Part shown: piece after piece, positions 16,981 to 26,577 of the stretch | Layout: every line of letters begins with the position of its first letter | Position numbering within the stretch: position 1 is the first letter of the stretch | Source of the DNA: Caldivirga maquilingensis IC-167 | Lineage (GTDB): Archaea; Thermoproteota; Thermoprotei; Thermoproteales; Thermocladiaceae | DNA: 32,000 bases | Assembly: GCF_000018305.1 (NCBI RefSeq) | Contig: NC_009954.1 | Span: forward strand, 960,001 to 992,000 | Direction: 5' to 3' | Program-made: the position numbers and the translations under genes | Notes under the pieces: model-generated | The model's database searches: none | The model's input: the letters and a program-made list of their open reading frames with translations, nothing else | Told to the model about the DNA's origin: nothing

Positions 16981-18306
16981 TCAGGATTCATGACTTAATG
17001 GAAAGCCAGGTTTAGTTAACTTCTCTAGGTTAAGGATTTCATTAATCTGCTCATCAGTGTACCCTAATTCCCTTAATGCCTCCCTTATTGATAACCCATG
17101 CGTTAATCTCCTACCTATTTCAGCGGCTTTATCGTACCCAATTACTGGTGAAATCACTGTTATTAATGATGGGCTACTTTCTGCGTATCTCCTCATCCTA
17201 TCTGTGTTGGGAACCATTCCATCAATCACAAGGTTAGTAAACTTACTTAACGCCTCAGAGAGCAAGTGGACTTGAAGCACTATGTTATAACCCATTAAAG
17301 GCACCCCCATGGCTAATTCAAATTCCCCAAGCATTGATGCAAATTGATTAGCGTGATCTAACCCTACCACTTGAGCCACTGCCAGTAAGGTTGCCTCCAC
17401 GGTTACTGGGTTAGTTTTACCCGGCATAATACTGCTTCCAGCCACTTCCCCTTGTGTTGGTAAATCAATCTCATTTAACCCAGTCATGGGGCCTGAGAAC
17501 ATTAACCTTATATCCTGTCCCAACCTGTATAAGTCAATGGCTGTTGCCCTTAATGCACCGCTCAAGTTAAGTATATCAGTTAGGAGTTTTAATCCCCTGA
17601 ACTTATTCGCGGGTTTAAAATCAAGGGATGTGATTTCATTAATCTCCTTTATTACCCTTCCCTGAAATTCCGGGTGGGTATTTAACCCAGTACCCACTGC
17701 TGTTCCACCTATGGGTAATTCCTTAACGTAATCCAGGGTGGATTCAATGATCTTTAAGTCGTGGGAGAATGCATCAAGGTAACCACTTAATTCCTGCCCT
17801 AGGGTTATGGGTAATGCATCCCTTAAATGAGTCCTACCAGCCTTGATTACGGTATTAAATAATGACGACTTCTCACCTAATGATGTAATTAATTTATTAA
17901 GGGCCGGTATGAGGAGTAACATGGAGGAGTGCACAGCCGCTATCCTAATGGCCGTGGATACGGTATCGTTTGATGATTGCCCTAAATTCACGTGATCATT
18001 AGGGTGAATTCTCTTCCCTGAAATTTCACCGGCTCTTTCCGCGATTACTTCGTTAATATTCATGTTTAATCCCGTGCCGGAGCCTGTTTGGAATACATCC
18101 ACTGTTACTTCATCATCAAACCTACCATCCATAACTTCCTTAGATGCCTCCATTATCGCATGCCCAATATCACCACTAAGCAAGCCTAATTCAGTGTTAA
18201 CCTTCGCTGATGCGTACTTCACTAAACCCATGGCCCATATTACTTGGCGAGGAAACTTTGTCCCAGTGGCCATGAAAAGTCTTGTCGCCGCCTCAGTGTA
18301 CTTCAT
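16981..18306 (-). CDS. fumC: Class II fumarate hydratase / aspartate ammonia-lyase family enzyme (closer to FumC)
   Basis: 441 aa. It carries the family signature [11 protein letters not shown], plus [16 protein letters not shown] and [11 protein letters not shown]. The SSND form favours fumarase over aspartase. Confidence 0.75.
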   Translation of the reverse strand: MKYTEAATRLFMATGTKFPRQVIWAMGLVKYASAKVNTELGLLSGDIGHAIMEASKEVMDGRFDDEVTVDVFQTGSGTGLNMNINEVIAERAGEISGKRIHPNDHVNLGQSSNDTVSTAIRIAAVHSSMLLLIPALNKLITSLGEKSSLFNTVIKAGRTHLRDALPITLGQELSGYLDAFSHDLKIIESTLDYVKELPIGGTAVGTGLNTHPEFQGRVIKEINEITSLDFKPANKFRGLKLLTDILNLSGALRATAIDLYRLGQDIRLMFSGPMTGLNEIDLPTQGEVAGSSIMPGKTNPVTVEATLLAVAQVVGLDHANQFASMLGEFELAMGVPLMGYNIVLQVHLLSEALSKFTNLVIDGMVPNTDRMRRYAESSPSLITVISPVIGYDKAAEIGRRLTHGLSIREALRELGYTDEQINEILNLEKLTKPGFPLSHES

Positions 18307-18466
18307 AGTGTTGCTTAATTTCAGGGCATTTATTCCTTACAGTATCGGCAACTGGGAAACGACACCCTGTAATAATTCCCCTACTGAGGAGTAGGGTAGT
18401 TTTATTAGGCTAAGGATTATGCATGTGGTAAAAAGCTTATTAAGCTATAGGAATACCCTATAGGTT

Positions 18467-18751
18467 ATGTCATCACTGGCCAGCAATGAGGCTAATGAGA
18501 AGATAGCCCAGGCACTTTACTACCTGGAGAGGATAATCCACGATATGGGTATACCGAGGAATATTAGGAGGGCTGCCAGTGAGGCTGCTAGGATCCTTAG
18601 GAATAATGAAATGAGCCCAGGTTTAAGGGCTTCAACAGTAGTCAGTCTACTTGATGATGCCTTATCCGACCCCAATATGCCTACGTACAGTAGGGTCCTT
18701 ATACTGCAGATTATCGCTGTTCTGGAGCAGGTAAAGGATATTGTTGGTTAA
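18467..18751 (+). CDS. UPF0147-family small helical protein
   Basis: 94 aa. IPRNIRRAASEAARIL...LRASTVVSLLDDALSDPNMPTYSRVLILQIIAVLE matches my recollection of the UPF0147 pattern (vPrNIRr.a...L.......Ra..a...Ld.is.DPNmP...Rt.iw.i.s.LE). Confidence 0.6.
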   Translation: MSSLASNEANEKIAQALYYLERIIHDMGIPRNIRRAASEAARILRNNEMSPGLRASTVVSLLDDALSDPNMPTYSRVLILQIIAVLEQVKDIVG

Positions 18752-18884
18752 TTATGCTTTACCTAACCTTTCAATGAGTGGTTTTACGCGTACCCGGGAA
18801 AGGGTTTACTTAACTGAGTATTGGTGTTGATTTCTAAAACTGCACATAACTGTTTATAACCACTCTGATTAAGCACCTTTACTC

Positions 18885-20126
18885 ATGGAGAGGGCGTTCA
18901 CTGTTGCCAGTGAGGATGAGGTTATTAGGGGTGAGGTAACTGACGTGTACTTCATTAGGACTGTGGATGTCCTTAAGGCAGCTGGGTTAGATAAGGTTAA
19001 GGTTAGGGCTGAATTCCACGTAATGAGTCTTCCAAGGGACTACGAGTGGGCGGTTTACACTGGGTTAAGTGAAGTACTTGAATTAGTGAGGAGGGCTGGA
19101 CTTAAGGTTAACGTCTACTCAATGCCTGAGGGCACTGTTTTTCAGGCTAAGGAACCATTAATGATCATTGAGGGTAATTACATTGACTTCGCGGTCTATG
19201 AGACCCCAATACTGGGTATACTTAGGCATTACTCATCAATATCCTCAAAGGCGGCTAGAATAAAGTATAGGGCAATGAATAAGCAATGCCTATTCTTTGG
19301 GGCAAGGGCGCTTCACCCTATTATACAGCCGATGGCTGATAAGGCAGCGTACATGGGTGGGTGTGATGGTGTTGCTAATGTTGTTGGGGCAAGGTTACTT
19401 GGTATACCCGCGTCAGGCACTATGCCGCATGCCTTAATGATAGTTTTTAAGGCTGTTAAGAATGATCATACTTTAGCGTGGGTTTGGTTTGATCGGGTGG
19501 TTCCAGGGGATGTTCCTAGGATAGTTCTGGCTGATACCTTCCTTGATGAGAGGGAGGAGGCATTAATGGCAGCTAAACTACTGGGTGAGAGGCTGAGTGG
19601 TGTAAGGTTAGATACACCAAGCAGTAGGAGGGGTAATATGAAGGCTATAGTGGAGGAGGTTAAGTGGACTCTTGAATTAGCCGGGTATAGGAATGTTAAA
19701 ATAATAGTGAGCGGTGGCCTTGATGAGGAGGCCGTAAGTGAATTAAGTGATTTAGTGGATTCATTCGGTGTTGGAACATCAATAGCCTTCCCACCCAGTG
19801 TGGACATAAGCATGGACATAGTTGAGTATTATGACGAGGGGTTGGGTAAATGGGTACCATTAACTAAGAGGGGTAAGATGCCTGGCTTTAAGCAAGTCTA
19901 CAGGTGCAGTGGCTTTAGGGACTTCATTACCCCATTCAACTCCACCGTTAAGTGCCCTGATGGTTCAGAGCCCGAGGCTTTAATAAGGAAGGTTTACGAT
20001 GAGTCAAGCGGCGTATTAGTGAGCAGTAAACCAAGTGATGTTAGGGATCACGTACTTGCCCAATTAAGCGAATTAAAGAAAAGTAATGGTTCAGTATCCG
20101 TGTACTTTAGTTCATTGGGGGGCTAA
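18885..20126 (+). CDS. pncB: Nicotinate phosphoribosyltransferase (archaeal type)
   Basis: 413 aa. The N-terminal EDEVIRGEVTDVYFIRTVDVL, then TPILGILRHYSSISSKAAR, GTMPHALM, LADTF and VRLDTPSSRRGN fit the type II PRTase/NAPRTase fold. Confidence 0.8.
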   Translation: MERAFTVASEDEVIRGEVTDVYFIRTVDVLKAAGLDKVKVRAEFHVMSLPRDYEWAVYTGLSEVLELVRRAGLKVNVYSMPEGTVFQAKEPLMIIEGNYIDFAVYETPILGILRHYSSISSKAARIKYRAMNKQCLFFGARALHPIIQPMADKAAYMGGCDGVANVVGARLLGIPASGTMPHALMIVFKAVKNDHTLAWVWFDRVVPGDVPRIVLADTFLDEREEALMAAKLLGERLSGVRLDTPSSRRGNMKAIVEEVKWTLELAGYRNVKIIVSGGLDEEAVSELSDLVDSFGVGTSIAFPPSVDISMDIVEYYDEGLGKWVPLTKRGKMPGFKQVYRCSGFRDFITPFNSTVKCPDGSEPEALIRKVYDESSGVLVSSKPSDVRDHVLAQLSELKKSNGSVSVYFSSLGG

Positions 20127-20193
20127 GTTTTTAAAGCACTGCGCATTACTTAGAGTCTACGAACCTACTATTTTATGCAATGGGTGATTTACC

Positions 20194-20736
20194 TTGAGTG
20201 AGGGTGAGAGGAAGGCTGGTGAGTTAGAGTATGTGAGGAGGACTAAGTACCATGTGGAGGATATTAATGGTGTTGAGGTCACTAGCTTTGAAGTACCCTA
20301 CATAAGGTACTTCGCTGAGGATGAGTTGGTTTACCTTGAGGCTGTCTTGGACTTTAAGAGTACTGATGATTTAATTAAGAGGATTGATGAGAGTAAGCTT
20401 GGTAGGAAGACTATAGAGAAGGTGTTTGCCTACAGGCTTAAACAGGGTGATTCAGGTCCTGAACCCTGGCCTGTGGAACCGGCCCTATTACCAAGTTTAA
20501 TACAAAACAACGCTGAACCTAACCCAGTTTATGAGGTGAAGCCTGATGAGGGGCTTAATGAATTGGTTTCATCGGCATATGGGCTTAATAAATTCATGTT
20601 CTCTTACTCAATAAGAATAAACGATATTAATGACTTCCTATTCATAGGGGTTTTAAACAAGGGCTTTTATAAGGAGGTCTACATATTGAGGAATATTGAG
20701 CCAATGGCTATTGTTAAATACAATATTTACGTTTAA
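20194..20736 (+). CDS. Hypothetical protein, no recognisable family
   Basis: This is a 180-aa track ORF with a TTG start. Its codon style is similar to its neighbours. The 3' end overlaps the convergent gene by 4 nt. I recognise no motif. Confidence 0.4.
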   Translation: MSEGERKAGELEYVRRTKYHVEDINGVEVTSFEVPYIRYFAEDELVYLEAVLDFKSTDDLIKRIDESKLGRKTIEKVFAYRLKQGDSGPEPWPVEPALLPSLIQNNAEPNPVYEVKPDEGLNELVSSAYGLNKFMFSYSIRINDINDFLFIGVLNKGFYKEVYILRNIEPMAIVKYNIYV

Positions 20737-21614
20737 ACCCCTGAAACCCTTACCCTGAAGCCCAGTTTACTTAAGTCTGATGCGAGGGATTCCTCCTCCT
20801 CCCTAGTTAAGCCCCTTACTAATGGTTCCTTAACACCCCCGAAGTCGTACTTGAGGAGTTTCACTAAGCTATAATGCACTGCTGGTCTTGGATACTTATT
20901 GGCGGTATCCCTCACCTTAGTGACTAAGGCCTGTGTCCTTAATGCATTATTCACGTCTCCATCCTTAGCCCTCCTATACGTGTCGATAACTAGGTTAGTT
21001 ATTGAGTTGGATAAAGCTGAAATACACCCCTTAGCCCCCACTATTACTGATGGCGCTATCATGTGGTCTGAACCATTAAATACCTCCAGTCCCATTTCAA
21101 TGAACTGCATTAACTGACCCAAGTCACCACTACTATCCTTTACTCCAGTGATCCTAACCCCATCCTTAATTAACCTGGCAACAATATCCGGAGTCACGTT
21201 AAACCCAGCGTTACCTGGGATATTATATATGAACGTTGGAAGTTTGGTTAATTGATTCAGCTTCATGAAATACCTCCTTATTGTTTCATAATCCGGCCTA
21301 TAGTAAATAGGTACAATTGAGGCAACCGCTGATGCACCATACTTCTCAGCAAGCTTAACAGTACCGGCAACGGTATCCCAATCCAGTGAACCAACTTGAA
21401 CAACAATAGGCTTATTACCTGAAGCCTCAGCCACAGTCTTAATAACAGCCTCCCTCTCCTCAAGGTTGAGTAAAACACCCATACCGGTGGTGCCGAGGGG
21501 GAAGAAGCCATTGACCCCATCCTTAACAAGTGATGAAACATGTGCAGACAAACCATCGGCATCAACCCTCCCATTCTTAAAGGGTATTGTTAAAGCAACC
21601 AACACACCCTCCAT
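20733..21614 (-). CDS. DapA/N-acetylneuraminate-lyase family class I aldolase; in this context plausibly a 2-keto-3-deoxy-(phospho)gluconate aldolase
   Basis: 293 aa. It has the GTTG motif (FPLGTTGMG), a Tyr-containing IYNIPG, and the Schiff-base Lys region ITGVKDSSGD. It lies directly downstream, on the same strand, of a glycoside hydrolase gene. Confidence 0.75.
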   Translation of the reverse strand: MEGVLVALTIPFKNGRVDADGLSAHVSSLVKDGVNGFFPLGTTGMGVLLNLEEREAVIKTVAEASGNKPIVVQVGSLDWDTVAGTVKLAEKYGASAVASIVPIYYRPDYETIRRYFMKLNQLTKLPTFIYNIPGNAGFNVTPDIVARLIKDGVRITGVKDSSGDLGQLMQFIEMGLEVFNGSDHMIAPSVIVGAKGCISALSNSITNLVIDTYRRAKDGDVNNALRTQALVTKVRDTANKYPRPAVHYSLVKLLKYDFGGVKEPLVRGLTREEEESLASDLSKLGFRVRVSGV

Positions 21615-21748
21615 AATAGCCTATTAATTAGTGCGCTTAAAAATACTCTGGGTAATGTAGGGTTAAGCCTAATAAGTGATACTTAATCTTACGGTTATGG
21701 TAAAATTAGGTATTTAATTCTTGCGTATTAATACGTGAAATTAACCAA

Positions 21749-23551
21749 TTACTCTCTCACAATGAGGTAGTCCTTACCTCTAAGAACATACTCACCCCTA
21801 ACCTTCTCGCCTGTTTCAACATTAACACCACTTACATTTATCTTAACGTCACTCCACCCATGGTTAATGTACGCCACGTAACTGTACTTACTTGACTTAA
21901 GCCTAGCCACTTGAACCCACTTACTAGGCGTTAATGCACCAATCCCCTCCCTTCTCAGTATTAGATTATAGAGTAGATGCGCATCATGGTTCTCAAAGGG
22001 TTTTGGACTTAGGCCTAACCAATACTCCAGTGGGTAGGTTATGAAGTATACTCTACCTGAACCAACGTTGGAGTATACAATAACTGGGTTACCTGCAGAA
22101 TCCTTAAGCAATACGTCTCCTCCATTAACCTTAGCTATGGCTCTATCGTAGGTGTAGCCCATTGCTGGTACATTAATGTTAACGTTATCAACCGTTGTAT
22201 TCAACCCATCGGAGAGTATGGGGTAATTATAGTAGAGGTCTAGTTTAATAGCCCAGTCGATATTCATCCAGAAGCCATAGCAGTACGAAATCACAGCAAC
22301 CCCACCCTTCTCAACAAATCTCCTAATCTCCTCCTGCGTCTGGGCAAGATACCTTAATGCACATGGTAGGAATAGTACCTTAACGTCACCACTAATCTTA
22401 CTCCTACCCTCCTCTATGATTACGCCATCTGTTAAGGGTTCCTCAATAATGACCCTTGGGTTCAAGCCGTTTTGAACAAGCATAACGTATGAGGAGAGGA
22501 GTGCAGTGGATATTTTACGGGCATCATCCCTTGAGGTGAATGGGTAACTCCAGTATACGTATGATGGGAATAGTACAGCGACAGGATCCTCCACAGGTTC
22601 CACATCACCGAGGGTTGAAATTAACCTGGAGAACCTGGTTAATTCATCACCCTGAGGCTTAACCCTCCAATCAACTGTGGTTACACCGAACCTGAGTTCA
22701 TGAGGGTGATGGGAGTACGGCCTCTGGTTAATTAATGGGAAGTCACTGTAACACCAGCCCCACGCCCCCACGGCTCCACTGATTAAGGAACCCATTAGTA
22801 CAGTCCTGTAGTAGCCTGCTATGTGCTCATCAGAACCAAGTGTTGATGATGCCCCAAACTCCTCAAGTATTGTGGGCTTCCCTAACCCCCTGCAGGCCTT
22901 AATTATTAACTGAGGCATTACAGTATGCCTAACAGCATCAGTGTCAGGGGTGTAGAAGTGAGGCCCCATGTAGTCAACGTAATCCTTATACCTGTATGGG
23001 TTAAAGCCATTGAACGCACCCATAATCCCCCAGCACCCATCCCCAGTGGTGACCCAGTGTCCACCATCAAGTGACTTAACTAGACTTGACATTTCCCTAA
23101 TCCAGTCAGTAACCTTATCCTCACTTGACGTTGCGTATATCGGTAACTCATTGCTAAGTATCCAACCTCTAATGGCTGGATGACCCCTGAACCTTGACAC
23201 TATGGTCTCAATGAGGACCTTAACCTCATTCCTCAGTTCAAAGAAGTCTCTGCCACCCCTCCATTGAGGATCCCAGTTCTCACCAGACATGTGGCCAACA
23301 ATGAAGGTTAAGTAAACCCCAACATCATGCTTATGAGCAAGGTCAAGGAACCTCCCCAACCTCCTAAGCATCTCCTCATCAACCCTACCAGGCTCTCTCT
23401 GGAAGTCAGGCCAGTAAATGAAGGCTCTAATCACATCAACGCCCAGTTCCCTAATTTGGGCTAATTCCTTATCAACAATCTCCTCGTTAAAGAACCTCCA
23501 CATCAATGGCCCCCCGCTCTTGCTCCAGTAATTCAAGCCTATTAAGAACAT
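21749..23551 (-). CDS. Clan GH-A (GH5/GH42-like) glycoside hydrolase with a beta-galactosidase-type middle domain
   Basis: 600 aa. The N-terminal TIM-barrel pattern is GLNYW...ELAQIRELGVDVIRAFIYWPDFQREPG. The candidate acid/base is WILSNELP and the candidate nucleophile is PTILEEFGAS. The middle region KVLFLPCALRYLAQTQEEIRRFVEKGGVAVISY resembles the GH42 domain-B pattern. Confidence 0.65.
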   Translation of the reverse strand: MFLIGLNYWSKSGGPLMWRFFNEEIVDKELAQIRELGVDVIRAFIYWPDFQREPGRVDEEMLRRLGRFLDLAHKHDVGVYLTFIVGHMSGENWDPQWRGGRDFFELRNEVKVLIETIVSRFRGHPAIRGWILSNELPIYATSSEDKVTDWIREMSSLVKSLDGGHWVTTGDGCWGIMGAFNGFNPYRYKDYVDYMGPHFYTPDTDAVRHTVMPQLIIKACRGLGKPTILEEFGASSTLGSDEHIAGYYRTVLMGSLISGAVGAWGWCYSDFPLINQRPYSHHPHELRFGVTTVDWRVKPQGDELTRFSRLISTLGDVEPVEDPVAVLFPSYVYWSYPFTSRDDARKISTALLSSYVMLVQNGLNPRVIIEEPLTDGVIIEEGRSKISGDVKVLFLPCALRYLAQTQEEIRRFVEKGGVAVISYCYGFWMNIDWAIKLDLYYNYPILSDGLNTTVDNVNINVPAMGYTYDRAIAKVNGGDVLLKDSAGNPVIVYSNVGSGRVYFITYPLEYWLGLSPKPFENHDAHLLYNLILRREGIGALTPSKWVQVARLKSSKYSYVAYINHGWSDVKINVSGVNVETGEKVRGEYVLRGKDYLIVRE

Positions 23552-23611
23552 GAGTTAATTCCCTGGGAATAAAGTTTTAAAGTAATACCTCATTAGGCTC
23601 ATTGAGTACTA

Positions 23612-24220
23612 ATGGCTAGTCAACCACTTCACGTTAACGCTAGGACGACGGCAATAATAATAATCATAAATAGTGTTTTATCAATACCATACCTAGTGTT
23701 CAGTTACCTTGGCTTAGGGAGGGTTTCAGCATTAATGGGTATCCTCCTATCAGACTACTTAATAGCGCCGTATTTACCTTGGCCTCTTGGGTTAGTCACA
23801 TCAATGTTCTTCGACCCATCCATACTTGATTACGTGTTTAATATGCTTACCCTGTTCTTCATCGGCCCATTCTTCGAGCGTAGGTATGGGAGGGGTATGA
23901 TGTGGAGGGTTTACCTAATTTCAGGATTCTTCTCAGCATTATCAATATTCATATATGGACCCAATACATTCATTGCAGGGGCTTCAGGGGCGTTATTCGG
24001 TATGATAGGATTCATAATCGCCCTACCTGATAGGTGGGTAATATTATCTAATCCATGGAACGTAATAGCGATAATATTCCTCCTAACACCATTCGCAGCC
24101 AGTTTCGGCATAGCATATCTTGGTCATTTACTGGGTTTCGTAGTTGGTATAGTTTACGGCTATGTTTGGTATAGGAGGGTTGTTAGGTATGGTGCTAGGC
24201 TTAGGTATAGGTATTTTTAA
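23612..24220 (+). CDS. Rhomboid-family intramembrane serine protease
   Basis: 202 aa and polytopic. It has the catalytic GASGALFG (GxSG) and a downstream LGHLLGFVVG (catalytic His helix). Confidence 0.8.
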   Translation: MASQPLHVNARTTAIIIIINSVLSIPYLVFSYLGLGRVSALMGILLSDYLIAPYLPWPLGLVTSMFFDPSILDYVFNMLTLFFIGPFFERRYGRGMMWRVYLISGFFSALSIFIYGPNTFIAGASGALFGMIGFIIALPDRWVILSNPWNVIAIIFLLTPFAASFGIAYLGHLLGFVVGIVYGYVWYRRVVRYGARLRYRYF

Positions 24221-24294
24221 CACTGAATCAACTTACCCTGGTCTTGCCTGAGAAAACTTTATATAAGCTTATAGGAAAGTCCGCGTGATCATGA

Positions 24295-26517
24295 ATGTCA
24301 GTTAGAGTTGTTGAGAAGAGGATAGAGGATATTCTAGAGATAATGAGGAATCCATCACAGATTAGGAATGTTGGTACATTGGCGCACGTTGACCATGGTA
24401 AAACAACTACAACGGATTCACTACTCATGGGTGCTGGTTTACTTAGCCCTAAGGTTGCAGGTAAGGCGCTTGCCTTGGATTACGTTGAGATTGAGCAGAT
24501 AAGGCAAATGACCGTTAAGGCAGCTAACATAAGCCTATACTTCGAGTACGGTGGTAAACCCTACCTTATAAACTTCGTTGATACACCAGGCCACGTTGAC
24601 TTCACGGGGCATGTGACTAGGTCACTTAGGGTAATGGATGGTGCACTTGTTGTTGTTGATGCAGTGGAGGGTGTTATGACTCAAACCGAGACTGTGGTTA
24701 AGCAGGCTATGGAGGAGATGGTTAGGCCAGTGCTCTTCATTAATAAGATAGATAGGTTAATTAAGGAGCTTAGGTTACCTCCACAGGACATTGGTAATAG
24801 AATACTCTACATTACTAAGGAGTTTAACTCACTCATTGACTCATACGCGCCACCTGAGTTTAAGGAGAAGTGGAAGGTTAGTGTTAATAAGGGGCAGGTT
24901 GCGTTTGGTTCAGCCTTAAGTAAGTGGGGTTTAACAATACCAATGATGCAGGAGAAGGGTATTAAGTTCAGTTACATAATGGATGCCTACGAGAGGAATG
25001 CCGTTGATGAGCTTGCTCAGGAATTCCCACTCTACAGGACTCTGTTAACCATGATTATAGAGCATATTCCACCACCTGATGTTGCTCAGAAGTACAGGGT
25101 ACCTAAGCTGTGGAAGGGTGATTTGAATAGTCCAGTGGGGAAGGCTTTACTTGACGCTGACCCTAATGGCCCATTAGTCATAGCTATAAGTAAGATAAAT
25201 AAGGATCCCCATGCAGGCTTAATAGCCACTGGTAGAGTCTTCAGTGGAACCATTAGGGAGGGGGATGAGGTTTACATAATTGGGCAGAAGATAACTAAGA
25301 AGGTTCTTCAAACATACCTATACATGGGTCCTAATAGGATAATAGTGCCCGAGGTTACTGCAGGGAACATAGTGGCGTTAATGGGTGTTGATGAGGCCAG
25401 GGCTGGTGATACTCTTGTGGCGACGGCGCTTAAGGATATTCCACCATTCGAGAAGATGAGGTATGTGTCTGAGCCAGTGGTTACGGTAGCCATAGAGCCT
25501 AAGAATCCTAATGATTTAGCTAAGCTAGTTGAGGGTCTTAGGGATCTGGTTATTGAGGATCCAACGTTAAGCCTTAAGATTGATGAGGAGACTGGGCAAA
25601 TACTGCTGAGTGGTGTTGGTACACTGCACCTTGAGATAGCCACATGGTTACTTAAGGATAGGACTGGCCTAGACTTCGTTGTTTCACAACCATTGGTTAG
25701 GTTTAGGGAGACTGTTAGGGCTAGGTCACAGGTCTTTGAGGGTAAGTCACCTAATAAGCATAATAGGCTATACATAAGTGTTGAACCACTTGACGAGGAG
25801 TCCATTAGCCTAATACAGTACAGTGAGGTAACTGAGGATATGGATCCGAGAGAGAGGGCTAGGATACTTAGGGAGAAGGCTAATTGGGATACTGATGAGG
25901 CTAGGGGTATTTGGGCAATAGATAACCAGTACATTAACGTGCTCATTGATAAGACCAGTGGTATTCAACACCTCAGGGAGATTAGGGATTACATAGTTCA
26001 AGGCTTCAGATGGTCAATGTCAGCTGGACCATTGGCCCAGGAACCAATAAGGGGTGTTAAGGTAATACTACATGACGCAGTGGTTCATGAGGATCCAGCC
26101 CACAGGGGTCCAGCTCAAATAATGCCCGCCACCAAGAATGCAATATTCGCCAGCTTCCTCTCAGCCAACCCAACGCTGCTTGAGCCTCTCCTACTGATTG
26201 ACGCTAAGACCACGGTGGATAACATGGGTCCAGTAACCAGTGTAATAACTAGGCATAGGGGTAGGGTTATTGATGTTACTCAGACTGAGACAATGGAGGT
26301 GATTGTTAAGGGTGAAATACCTGTAATAGAGTCATTCAACATAAGTGATGAGCTTAGAAGCGCCACAACAGGTAGAGTCTTCTGGAGCCTACAATTCTCA
26401 CGCTGGGCACCAGTGCCTGAAAGCCTTCGTGAAAGCTTAATACTATCGATTAGGGAGAAGAAGGGGTTACCTAAGGAGTTACCTAAGATTGAGGACTACA
26501 TTTCGACGATTGCATAA
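24295..26517 (+). CDS. fusA: Translation elongation factor 2 (aEF-2)
   Basis: 740 aa. The G motifs are AHVDHGKTT, DTPGH and NKID. Domain IV carries the diphthamide-site sequence HEDPAHRGPAQ. A TATA-like CTTTATATAAG is centred about 33 nt upstream. Confidence 0.95.
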   Translation: MSVRVVEKRIEDILEIMRNPSQIRNVGTLAHVDHGKTTTTDSLLMGAGLLSPKVAGKALALDYVEIEQIRQMTVKAANISLYFEYGGKPYLINFVDTPGHVDFTGHVTRSLRVMDGALVVVDAVEGVMTQTETVVKQAMEEMVRPVLFINKIDRLIKELRLPPQDIGNRILYITKEFNSLIDSYAPPEFKEKWKVSVNKGQVAFGSALSKWGLTIPMMQEKGIKFSYIMDAYERNAVDELAQEFPLYRTLLTMIIEHIPPPDVAQKYRVPKLWKGDLNSPVGKALLDADPNGPLVIAISKINKDPHAGLIATGRVFSGTIREGDEVYIIGQKITKKVLQTYLYMGPNRIIVPEVTAGNIVALMGVDEARAGDTLVATALKDIPPFEKMRYVSEPVVTVAIEPKNPNDLAKLVEGLRDLVIEDPTLSLKIDEETGQILLSGVGTLHLEIATWLLKDRTGLDFVVSQPLVRFRETVRARSQVFEGKSPNKHNRLYISVEPLDEESISLIQYSEVTEDMDPRERARILREKANWDTDEARGIWAIDNQYINVLIDKTSGIQHLREIRDYIVQGFRWSMSAGPLAQEPIRGVKVILHDAVVHEDPAHRGPAQIMPATKNAIFASFLSANPTLLEPLLLIDAKTTVDNMGPVTSVITRHRGRVIDVTQTETMEVIVKGEIPVIESFNISDELRSATTGRVFWSLQFSRWAPVPESLRESLILSIREKKGLPKELPKIEDYISTIA

Positions 26518-26577
26518 AATGCATATAATGCATTAACCATGAACCATAAAAACACCTTAAGTAACTTAAATTAATAC

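Noticed and set aside
25308-25946. A 212-aa minus-strand ORF inside the aEF-2 gene, plus the smaller 25810-26001 ORF.
   Set aside because: It is fully antisense to a very well supported, highly conserved gene. The product is Ser/Leu-rich and low-complexity, as expected for a shadow ORF created by the sense-strand codon bias.
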